Shown here: piece after piece, positions 55,198 through 64,000 of the stretch
How positions within the stretch are numbered: position 1 is the stretch's first letter
Layout of the letters: every line of letters begins with the position of its first letter
DNA from: Flectonema sp. DT1601
Taxonomy: Eukaryota
Assembly: GCA_964019425.1 (NCBI GenBank)
Contig: OZ025794.1
Span: 682,001 to 746,000 of the forward strand
Length of the DNA stretch: 64,000 nt
Reading direction: 5' to 3'
Translations under genes and position numbers: made by a program
Notes under the pieces: model-generated
The model's database searches: none
Told to the model about the DNA's origin: nothing
Seen by the model: only the letters and a program-made list of their open reading frames with translations

Positions 55198-55979
55198 TTT
55201 TGTATTTCCTAAACTAATAAGAATAAAATAAACAAACAGTTCCAAGGAACAAAACAGATCTGTTCGCTGTTGCTATTGTCACCTGCTAAAAAAAAAAAAA
55301 AAAGGAATTCAATTATAACAAACAAGTCATCCTTCCTTAACACCAGTCGTATTAAGCACACACTGAAGACATTTAATTTCCTTTTTTCTTTCAGTTTTTT
55401 TTTTTTTTTTTTTTAAAAATGGGTCAGTCCTTTCTTATGGTTGCTGCTTATGTGCAGATTTCAATCCGAAGAAGAATGGTCCCTGCTGGGGGGTCAGTGA
55501 TGACGGATCTGGATACATGTGTTGGAACACAAAAGTGTTTCAAACACGTGCTTCGATAATCAAACAGTAACTCATTAATATATTTTACCTTAGGTCAGTT
55601 ATCTCGTCTACGGCGTGATTTCGTAACAATTGTTGTTGCCACTCGATTCGGTAATAACCAGTTTCTGAATAGCCTCAAATTACGGTTTCCATTTCTTTTT
55701 TAAAATTATCTCATAAAAGATAGAACGCTTACCGTTAGTCCTGATTTTTCGCACCGATTTTGAGATTTCCTACCAAACAAATACGTTCTTTACGTTCTCT
55801 AATCTGTTTAGCAATTGGAAGTGCTCTGTGATAAGAGTTGACTTCTTTTCAAACCTGTTTTTTTTTTTTTTTTTTTTTTCTGATTGTCATCGACGATCCA
55901 CAAAAAGAAGATAGAAGATAACTTTCCCTTTGTGAAAGTAAAGTTCATAGCTACACAATCTATGAAGCTAGTTATTAGG

Positions 55980-57697
55980 TTACATGACAGGTATTCGTGA
56001 AAACCATTCAGAAGAGGGAGACTGCCTATGCAGATTATCATAATTGTTAGGCAACATATGAGAATGAAAACACACCTCGACACGATAACGGACTTCGCTC
56101 TCGCACATATCAAAGTATCAATGATGCTGTCCTCAGTTACCTTACCGGTACCAAGATGGCGAACTGGTGTTGTCTTCAACAAGCTGACGAGTGTTGTCCA
56201 TTCCTGTTATTGTTATTGAGTTGAATATGAACAACAAGTTAGCAAACATTATGTCATAAATTATTATTAAACAACACATACTAATTCTGTAGCATCAGTA
56301 GAGATGTACACAACGAGTTGCGGCTCGCTTTCGATACGCTTGTTGATAGCGTCTGCGTATTTCTGAAGTTCAGGGTAACAGTGTTCGTCTCCCTCAAGTA
56401 CTTCAACGGTACCTGCAGGCTTTAGAATTTTCTCAAAACACATTGTATTAAATCTTTTTGGGTTTTGACAGATCTTTGTGTTGAATGCTTCTGCGCGAGG
56501 GATTCGAACAGCCAGAGATGGCTTCTCTCCCACAACACCCAGACGAGTACCCTCTTCATCTGCTGCTGAACTGTATCTTCCTTTAAACATTAATCTTGAT
56601 CTTGCTCTCCAGAACAAAGCTGATCCGTACTGATCTCTGTCCAAGTACCCTCTGCAGAGTAATTTAAATTCGTTAGTGTGATGCTGAACAGCGCAGTCAT
56701 CACAAAACAGAAATACAGGAGTTTCGATATAGTGATGAAGACTTTCAACAGGACAATCTTCACAAGTTTTAAATGACGTTGGGTACATAAACTTCGTGAT
56801 GTTTAAACCAACAGCGCAGATTGCGTAATTGTATAGAATACGCATCTGTTTATCGATTGTTGTAATTGGAGTGTAGTTGGATCCGACAAAGGTTCCGTGA
56901 CGGAGATCTTGTGTTCCGTAGCGACCATTCCAACCCGGCTTCTGATAATCACCCGACTCACTCTTTGATGGGAAGAATGTCTGCGCTGCGTGTAAGTCCG
57001 AGTCGTACGGAGTCAATCTGATTTCTACTTCACTGCTGTTGACTTCCTTGACAGTCTCATCAATCGCCATTTTAGTTGTGTCCATCCTCTTCCACTTTGC
57101 CACTAAATCCTTCAGGTACGACTCGTCCATTTTAATATTTTCCATTCCGAGTGACTTACGAAGAGCAGCAGTCTCTTCATTCAATCGAACGATGTTTTGA
57201 ATTAAAATAATGGAACGCATTCCCTTCGTTCCTGCGAGCCTCTTGGTCCCGTCGATGAGGTTTCGTGAACGGGAGTCAAGTTCTTTGAAACGCGAATCGC
57301 TTTCGCGTTTTTCGTCAGTCATTTGCTTCTCAAACTGAGCGCGGTCTTCAGAACATTTGATGTTCTTCATTTCCCAGGTGTTGACTTCTTCAGTTAAAGT
57401 GTCTACCAACTTCTCTTGAACGTTATTCTCGTTGTAAAGTTGTGTTGCGTATTTCGATAAATTCTTATCAGCCCAATGCTCTATCTGACTGACCATCGTC
57501 TGATCTCTCTGTTGCTGACATTTCTTAACGGAAGCTCTAACGAGAGTGTTTCTCTTTTGAATTGACAGATTCTTCGTCATGCCTTCACGTTGTTGCTCTC
57601 CAACTCCATAATGATAAAAACAAGCAAACACTACCGACATCAAGACTGCTGCGCATAGTACAGTCCTGCTGTTGTCCTGATTTGCTTTCCCTTTCAT
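55980..57697 (-). CDS. Type II membrane O-fucosyltransferase-like protein (3 exons; last border uncertain)
   Basis: Signal anchor and coiled-coil stem; VYISTDA..E|...IIDTLICARA after splicing 56204-56281 resembles the POFUT C-terminus. Confidence 0.6.
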
Positions 57698-58134
57698 CTC
57701 TGCGAGATGTCTGGAGGGGGGATGACTAAGTGATGTTGTAAAATTGAAAAAGTATTACTGAATTGGCTGATAATCTGAAGGGAGTAATTAAAAGTAATTT
57801 GTGTTTATTTTTAACAAGCATCCAAATGGCACATCCGAATACCAACACTACACTGAGTTCGAAACTATAATCGGGCAACGGCTCATAGCAGAACCACATC
57901 AACTTCTTTACGAAACTACAAAAAGCTATTTAGCTCGTTCGCAAAGGAATTAATATTAAAGGTACCAACATGGTTGTTGCTTATAAGGCACCCATCTTAA
58001 TTCGACGAGGGGTTCGGGTGGGAACTTCCGTCACAAATAGACGAACGCGGTAGATGTCTTGCAAACATATAATAATTTTACAACTTATTTTATTTTTTTT
58101 AAATTTATTTTTTCAAAATCGTTGACCAGTGAGG

Positions 58135-58983
58135 CTATGCAGAAGCCTCAGCCTCCTTCTTTCCTGACTTCTCAGCTGCTTCCTTCTCCAAAGCGTCTTC
58201 CAACTCTCGGAGATAGTTTCTGGCTGGCTCGGCCTCATTCTCGGTAACAAGATTTTGTCCGTCACATGCGAATTTTAATCTATTCTTTGAATCCCTCTTG
58301 AGAATGAATGTACCATTACTGAGTCCGTCTCTTTCTTTACTAGGAGGAGGTCGGTTCTGTTTGTTGTTATTATTTTAACAAAAAGTAGAAAGGAAAAGTT
58401 AATAGATGACATAGTAGTGTAGACATACGGCACTGACTGCTGGTTGTTTCATTTCATAATATGAATAGCCGTACACTTCGTGGTGCGGTTTTGCTCTTTC
58501 GGTGTCGACGGTGTGTCCAAGTAGCGTCTTTTCTTCCTCACTCATCTTGGAAAAAACTTCCGTTAACCATTTTTGGTGTACTTCATGATTGTGGTATGGC
58601 TTCATTGAAATTAGTGTCTGGTCCGCATCAACGATGGTTCCTTTCTTTTCTTGGAGCCAAGCTTTGAACAGTGTACCCCATTCTTCGAAATCTTTGTCAA
58701 TTATGTATGGTCTTCCGTCTTCACGTTTTCTTTTATGGATACTGTTTTATTGTTTTATTGTTGAGATTACAACTCACTAAGCTTCACTTTAACAAGTAAC
58801 AGAGCGGAAAGGTAATGAAAACAAAATAACAAACCCGAGAGGAAACTTTGGCATCGTTTCATCGAGAGGGAAAGGACCCGGTTCTTGAAGCTCAACTGGG
58901 ATGCTTGCGTGATCCCACACACCAAGACAGGTTCTCTTCTGCACCTGAAGTGCTAGTCGCGTGACAGCCCGCGCCGTCTTCAT
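58135..58983 (-). CDS. Hypothetical, probably mitochondrion-targeted protein (3 exons)
   Basis: Arg-rich presequence MKTARAVTRLALQVQKR. Two GT-AG introns give a continuous frame to TAG at 58135. Confidence 0.7.
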
Positions 58984-59361
58984 TCTGAACTAAACCTTTT
59001 AATAGAATATAGTAAAGTTAAGAATCACATCAACAAATACTCCTCCACTACACTCATCTCTCTTTATCTTCGAAGAGAACAGAAATACATTTAGTAGTGA
59101 CCCTGACTAGAGAAAGGTTTTAATAATTGAATGAAAACTATAAAGTGATTAACAACCTATATCTGTGGTGTTGTTGGTGTCTAGATAAGAATGGTCAACA
59201 GATATATTTCTGTTTAACCGTTTCAGAGAGAGGTAGCTTTCAGTTGACTGACGGGTCGACTTAAAAGATCGTTTGCAGACTCGTAAGCAGAGTTGGACAC
59301 GCAGGTTAAGTAAACAAATAACAAAAATAATATCAAATGTTAAGTATAATATGAAGAGAGC

Positions 59362-61926
59362 TTAGTGAATCGGAACATGTGGGCGAGCATAACCAAAATA
59401 ATGAAATTCAGGACCGGGTATCGGTGAGAATATCATATTCGGAGTTGTATTCTTTTTGAATAAAGTATACTCCACTGAAGGGGAGAGAGTGAGATTCCAA
59501 ACTGAATCACCAACTGATTTGAATGAAATCGGATTTGGAGAAACTTCTGGAAGATCCCACGGCAGGTGTACAAGAACAGATGATAGTGACGATTTATATT
59601 GCGAAGAGATCGAAATAAATTCTATTGTGTCATTTGTCATCTTTGCAGACACCAAATGACCGCTCATCGTACGAAGGTTATAAAACTGAGCGTCACTCCA
59701 TGAGTCTGGAACAGAGAAGAATAATCTTAAAATATTATCACTTCCAACATGGAACATAATCGTATTAACAACAGCAGCAGTACAGTAACCAGACTCTGCA
59801 ACGGATGAGAATTCGTTGGGATTGTAACCTCGATTTGATTCACCGTACATTCCATTTGGTGATAAGTTATTAATAATTAAATTAGTGACATTCCCAACAG
59901 AGGCATTCTTTCTTCCCAGATCAGCGCTCATCATAGCCATACCACATTGAGTGAATCCACGACATTCTTCATTAAAAACATTTGAAGAGTTACAGGTGAT
60001 GCTGTACCAGTTATCTAAACTCATCTTCGCAACATGCGAATTGACGTCTGGAAGCTCCAAGTCGTACATCATTAGGAGATGACTAAAGTGTCGATGGGGA
60101 CATAAAAATGAACACTCGGCACTCAACTTGTATCCCCTCACAGGATCTATCGGATACCCCACCAGCTTTGACTTCAACAAGTTCTTCCAGTACGATTCCG
60201 CCTCCAAAGGTATTTCCAGTTCCATTGAAAGCTCACAGACTCTTCTTAATGCCCATCTAAGTTGAGACAACTCAAAGTTGCAGTCTGTTTTTATTTCACA
60301 CGCAAGAGACTCAAATGGAGGGTAACATCTGTACTCTGGTGATTTACATTGAGTGACGTGGTACGTTCCTTTATCGTCAACAAGTAGTTTCCCCGTGTCG
60401 TGTTGGGTTTTGTTGAGTCCTATTTCTGATTGTAGCAGCGTTTGGAGTTCCTCAAAAAGAACTTTTTGCAGATGCAGCTCTGAAACGCCCAACTGTGAAG
60501 AAAGCTCACCGCCATAGCCTGAGATGTGTTTATTCATTTTGTGGGCCATCCAAATGTTTCCAGGCCAACGCTTAGCCTGAGATTCCTGAAGAAAGAACTT
60601 CAATAACGGCAATACTAAATCTGGTTTATTTGATCCTTCAGTAATCCAATACATTACTTCTTCATTCATATCCCAAACATCGTCTGGCCATACATTCGGA
60701 TTCTTCGTTGGTCCAAAGTCACCATCGAGGCCGTGCAGTGTAACTCTATCAGAGCTTGCGAATCGATATAATTGAGTGTAATAGTTTTCTTCAACAAGTG
60801 GGTCGGGAATAGTAACAAAACTGCTATTCCAGTAGCTGAGCCACCAAACTCTGTGAGATTCGTAAAACTGCTGAGGGTCAGCAGTCAGCTGCTTTACCGC
60901 CTCAGAGACTCTACTTTGAGAGGTATTCATCTCCCTACTGATAGTAGCGACTAGAGTAGTGACTGAGGACTCTCTCATAACTGAGTAATTAATATTCGTA
61001 AGGTGAGAACTGTCGTTCTTTGGAACCCAAATAAAGTTCGTATTCAACTCAACAGTCGATTCAACAGAAAATACCAAAACTGCTTCAGTCGAATGTACAT
61101 ACGAATTGTAACTAACAAGTGGAACTGAACTTCCTAATTGAGAAACAAAACCTTTTAAGACACCTGTTGATATGTCTACCGAGACGTTATGAACTAGTGG
61201 TGAAGTTGATGGAACAGAATTATCGAACGTCACATTAAAATATCCAGAAGGATATCTATGACTGTTTGCTCCAAAGAATGAATTATCCAATACTAACTGA
61301 AGTGTTGATGTACGGGATCCTAACACAACAGGGTACTGAAGTCTGACTCCAACTTCACCATTTCCAATGTACGGGGCTGTAGTCCAGTCGTTAGGTAGAA
61401 GTTGTTTTGATTTAAACATTTGAGCGCGATTTCCATTTTCAAAAAACTCGAAACCAACCAACTGCCCTGAAGTGATCATCGACAACCAACTCTCAGGACA
61501 TATTGTTCCGTTACAAAATGGTTTTGAAACTACTGTCAAACAATACGGTGGAGGAGACTTTGTATCGTTAATCACATACACTGATCCGTAACTAAAGCCA
61601 ATTAGTGAAGTGCTGCAGTTTCCAAGAACAGCCCGGCTTCCAACCTGTTCGATACATTTTCCATTCTCGACAGATATCATCTTTTGGTTTTGAAAAATCC
61701 ATTCTTGATTCAGGTTTCCGTTACACTCCTGCATTGATATTGTCATATTGCCTGCAGTAATACAACAACCTCCTTCACCACAATTAGAAATGTTATTATC
61801 CTGTAGTCTTATACTTGTGGTGTTCATGTCTTGCCATTTCCATTCCATTGAGTATTTTGATAAAAACTTCTCCCAGTCAACGTGTAAACTGCAAACTGTC
61901 AGAGACAGCAGTACTGGAAGCACCAT
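59362..61926 (-). CDS. Secreted GH95-like glycoside hydrolase with a ricin-B lectin module
   Basis: Signal peptide, QEW/GKCI ricin repeats, APYIGNGEVG, SPEY, HRHFSHL, and LRLFFSVPDSWSDAQFYNLRT. Confidence 0.75.
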   Translation of the reverse strand: MVLPVLLSLTVCSLHVDWEKFLSKYSMEWKWQDMNTTSIRLQDNNISNCGEGGCCITAGNMTISMQECNGNLNQEWIFQNQKMISVENGKCIEQVGSRAVLGNCSTSLIGFSYGSVYVINDTKSPPPYCLTVVSKPFCNGTICPESWLSMITSGQLVGFEFFENGNRAQMFKSKQLLPNDWTTAPYIGNGEVGVRLQYPVVLGSRTSTLQLVLDNSFFGANSHRYPSGYFNVTFDNSVPSTSPLVHNVSVDISTGVLKGFVSQLGSSVPLVSYNSYVHSTEAVLVFSVESTVELNTNFIWVPKNDSSHLTNINYSVMRESSVTTLVATISREMNTSQSRVSEAVKQLTADPQQFYESHRVWWLSYWNSSFVTIPDPLVEENYYTQLYRFASSDRVTLHGLDGDFGPTKNPNVWPDDVWDMNEEVMYWITEGSNKPDLVLPLLKFFLQESQAKRWPGNIWMAHKMNKHISGYGGELSSQLGVSELHLQKVLFEELQTLLQSEIGLNKTQHDTGKLLVDDKGTYHVTQCKSPEYRCYPPFESLACEIKTDCNFELSQLRWALRRVCELSMELEIPLEAESYWKNLLKSKLVGYPIDPVRGYKLSAECSFLCPHRHFSHLLMMYDLELPDVNSHVAKMSLDNWYSITCNSSNVFNEECRGFTQCGMAMMSADLGRKNASVGNVTNLIINNLSPNGMYGESNRGYNPNEFSSVAESGYCTAAVVNTIMFHVGSDNILRLFFSVPDSWSDAQFYNLRTMSGHLVSAKMTNDTIEFISISSQYKSSLSSVLVHLPWDLPEVSPNPISFKSVGDSVWNLTLSPSVEYTLFKKNTTPNMIFSPIPGPEFHYFGYARPHVPIH

Positions 61927-62279
61927 TTCCTCTGAGTGTCCTGATTCATAATGATAATATTATTTTACGTCTGACTTAATTGTTTAGCAGAAGTCAGAAC
62001 CTTCACTCGCAGATACATTTCTGAATTGCTGATAGAACAAAATTAATATAATAAAAGTCAACAGTTTCTTGTAAACAGAGTGGGCCTTGCATTCTGCATA
62101 AAAACAGCGGCCTACAACAAGTGAATAATAATAAGAGAAAGGATACAATACAATTTGAAAGGAAAATCTGTTCCTTGTTGTCATCTACGTTGCCTAACTT
62201 CCATTTTCATCGCCATCTGAATGGAGTGAAGAGCAGCTTTGCTTTATCTACTTAACCATTCTACCAGATTAGAGTACTT

Positions 62280-63977
62280 TCAACAACCTTCAATTTCATT
62301 GAACTTTTCGCGAATTTCCTTCCGACGCTCGTCTGCTTTCCGTAATAGCGATCTGAAGTGCAGCATTGCTGTCGGGTCAGGTAGGGGAGAGCTTCCAGGA
62401 ACTAAATGACTAGGACCAAATAGCGTTTGAGTGTCAGTTTTGGGAACGTGCCAATCAAAAGAGGAACCGAGGTCGAGCCATATCTTCTCAAAGGTGGAAA
62501 TATCTTTTGCACGTGATCGCAAGAAGGAAAGCTGCCTGGAATCAGCTGTGTGAAGATAGTTTTGTCTATTTAGGAGTGCTATCTCAGGAAGTAGGAGGAT
62601 GGCTTTGCGAGACCAACCGCGGCCATCACTCCTCCGGATCCCATGTGGAAGTGAAGGGACGACAATACTCCTGAACTTCGCGTATGGGTCATTCATAACT
62701 AACATTGCTTCTCCAATTTCATCAAGAACAATTCTGCTGTATGTGACGTCTCCTCTTTGTTTCCCCGCCTGTTGGTAATTTACAACCAACACTTTGCCAC
62801 ACCATCGACACTGAACATATAAACAAGAGTAACCTCTGCGAGGATTGCCCTTTTCACGTTTTATGTAAGGTTTTGATGTGTGAGTGCATCCCTCGATTAG
62901 TGAGAGACAGCGTGCGACAGTTTCAATGAGTTCGTTTTCAATTTTATTTTGCTGGTCAACTATAACTTCAATATCCTTTTCAGTAATAACAGCCAAGTGC
63001 ATAGCAGCGCAGGTAGTTCCACGTGATGGTGGACAGCTTAGACGAGGTCTTCTTACACCACGCTCATCATAGATAATTTTTATTGAATACTCATCATTGT
63101 CAAGGATAGCTTTTACTCGTCCAACTCTAACAACTTCATAGTCGGGATCTCTCCAACAGACAGGAGCACCAATAGGGATTGGGGTTATAAACTTACCTCT
63201 GCTAACAATATCATCTCCTCGTGTTATCCATCTTCTCCCAACTGGTGGTCCAGCATCAAGAGGTTCACCACCCAAAAGACTTTTTGGGTTAACTGCCTTC
63301 GCAATGGCCGGAGCTTGCTGTGTGCCTCCCAGAACTTTGATTGCTGCTGCTGCACACTGAGGAGGATCGCCTGCTTTAACTGGCAATAGGAATCCGGCTT
63401 CAGCTGGGGGTGCAGTTAGTGCTTTCGCTGTTCCTATGAGACTGCCCATCAATCCTCCAGAAACCCAAGTAAAAACCTTTCCTGTTTTGCTATCAGGTAA
63501 TTTGCTGTAGGGAAGTCCCTCATTTTTTTCTTCTACCGCAATCGCTTCTGGTGGTCGCGGTTTTTTAACACAGTTGCTTTTTGGTTTTGTCTTCATGCAG
63601 GCAAAGCACGTTGTGTAGTTACAAATTTCACACCAACCGTAACCTTCTGACAAGTTAGTAATCCCAGGGAGTAGACATTTATTACAACAGTTGTCTACAA
63701 TTCCCATTCGGGTGCTGCTGTTTGCTCCGTCCTGGTACGGGTCTCCTTTTACAAATTTAAGAGGATGAAGGTTTGGGCAAGTCTCAACCTGTTCATCAAT
63801 ATCAAGAACTTCTTCAGAAACACCATAAACAGGATGTTTTGGATCAAAGAGTATCGATGACTTCCATGGAGGAAGTCTCTTTGGTGAGACGTAAGCCCTT
63901 TCGACTTCATCATCCACAGCAAGTAGACCAACTGGTTCTCCTCCAAGGTTCTTCCCGTATGCTAATTCATTGATCAT
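62280..63977 (-). CDS. Hypothetical protein with a Cys-rich CPNLHPL...C..C module (possibly 5'-partial)
   Basis: 565-aa open frame on the cluster strand; no family recognised. Confidence 0.65.
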   Translation of the reverse strand: MINELAYGKNLGGEPVGLLAVDDEVERAYVSPKRLPPWKSSILFDPKHPVYGVSEEVLDIDEQVETCPNLHPLKFVKGDPYQDGANSSTRMGIVDNCCNKCLLPGITNLSEGYGWCEICNYTTCFACMKTKPKSNCVKKPRPPEAIAVEEKNEGLPYSKLPDSKTGKVFTWVSGGLMGSLIGTAKALTAPPAEAGFLLPVKAGDPPQCAAAAIKVLGGTQQAPAIAKAVNPKSLLGGEPLDAGPPVGRRWITRGDDIVSRGKFITPIPIGAPVCWRDPDYEVVRVGRVKAILDNDEYSIKIIYDERGVRRPRLSCPPSRGTTCAAMHLAVITEKDIEVIVDQQNKIENELIETVARCLSLIEGCTHTSKPYIKREKGNPRRGYSCLYVQCRWCGKVLVVNYQQAGKQRGDVTYSRIVLDEIGEAMLVMNDPYAKFRSIVVPSLPHGIRRSDGRGWSRKAILLLPEIALLNRQNYLHTADSRQLSFLRSRAKDISTFEKIWLDLGSSFDWHVPKTDTQTLFGPSHLVPGSSPLPDPTAMLHFRSLLRKADERRKEIREKFNEIEGC

Positions 63978-64000
63978 CTAATGTATTATCTGTTTATAAA

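Noticed and set aside
1..64000. Spliced-leader RNA or snRNA genes
   Set aside because: No SL exon or U-snRNA signature was found by eye; a covariance-model search would be needed to exclude divergent ones.

Overview
Eukaryotic nuclear DNA, most likely from a free-living euglenozoan (diplonemid-like). Evidence: the SSU rRNA 5' end reads 'ttgtttcaagg', genes sit in long single-strand clusters, introns are short canonical GT-AG, a de novo purine gene is present, and there are TATE/VIPER-like retroelement relics. All genes from 1 to 12.7 kb are on +, and all genes from 19.4 to 64 kb are on -, so the window spans a convergent strand-switch region. That switch point is the most unusual part. A 2,942-bp inverted repeat (10625-13566 / 18578-21519) carries an apparently catalytically dead membrane class III cyclase in each arm. 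It encloses a 5-kb spacer made largely of deleted fragments: tyrosine-recombinase (DIRS-order) retrotransposon pieces, a G-rich putative Pol I start with 5'ETS and the first ~80 nt of 18S fused to antisense transposon sequence, and a multiply deleted 28S fragment. A perfect 28-bp fold-back hairpin lies 22 bp outside the left arm. The locus could be a dsRNA/siRNA-generating transposon trap; this is a hypothesis, and an assembly or amplification artefact must be excluded. The rest of the window is mostly housekeeping genes (syntaxin-5, CDC45, PurC-PurE fusion, AP-1 mu, SLC35A, microbial PARG, NAA50, GT31, O-FucT-like, GH95-like) plus small repeats and a TTAA-flanked MITE candidate. All calls come from reading the sequence by eye; no database searches were run.
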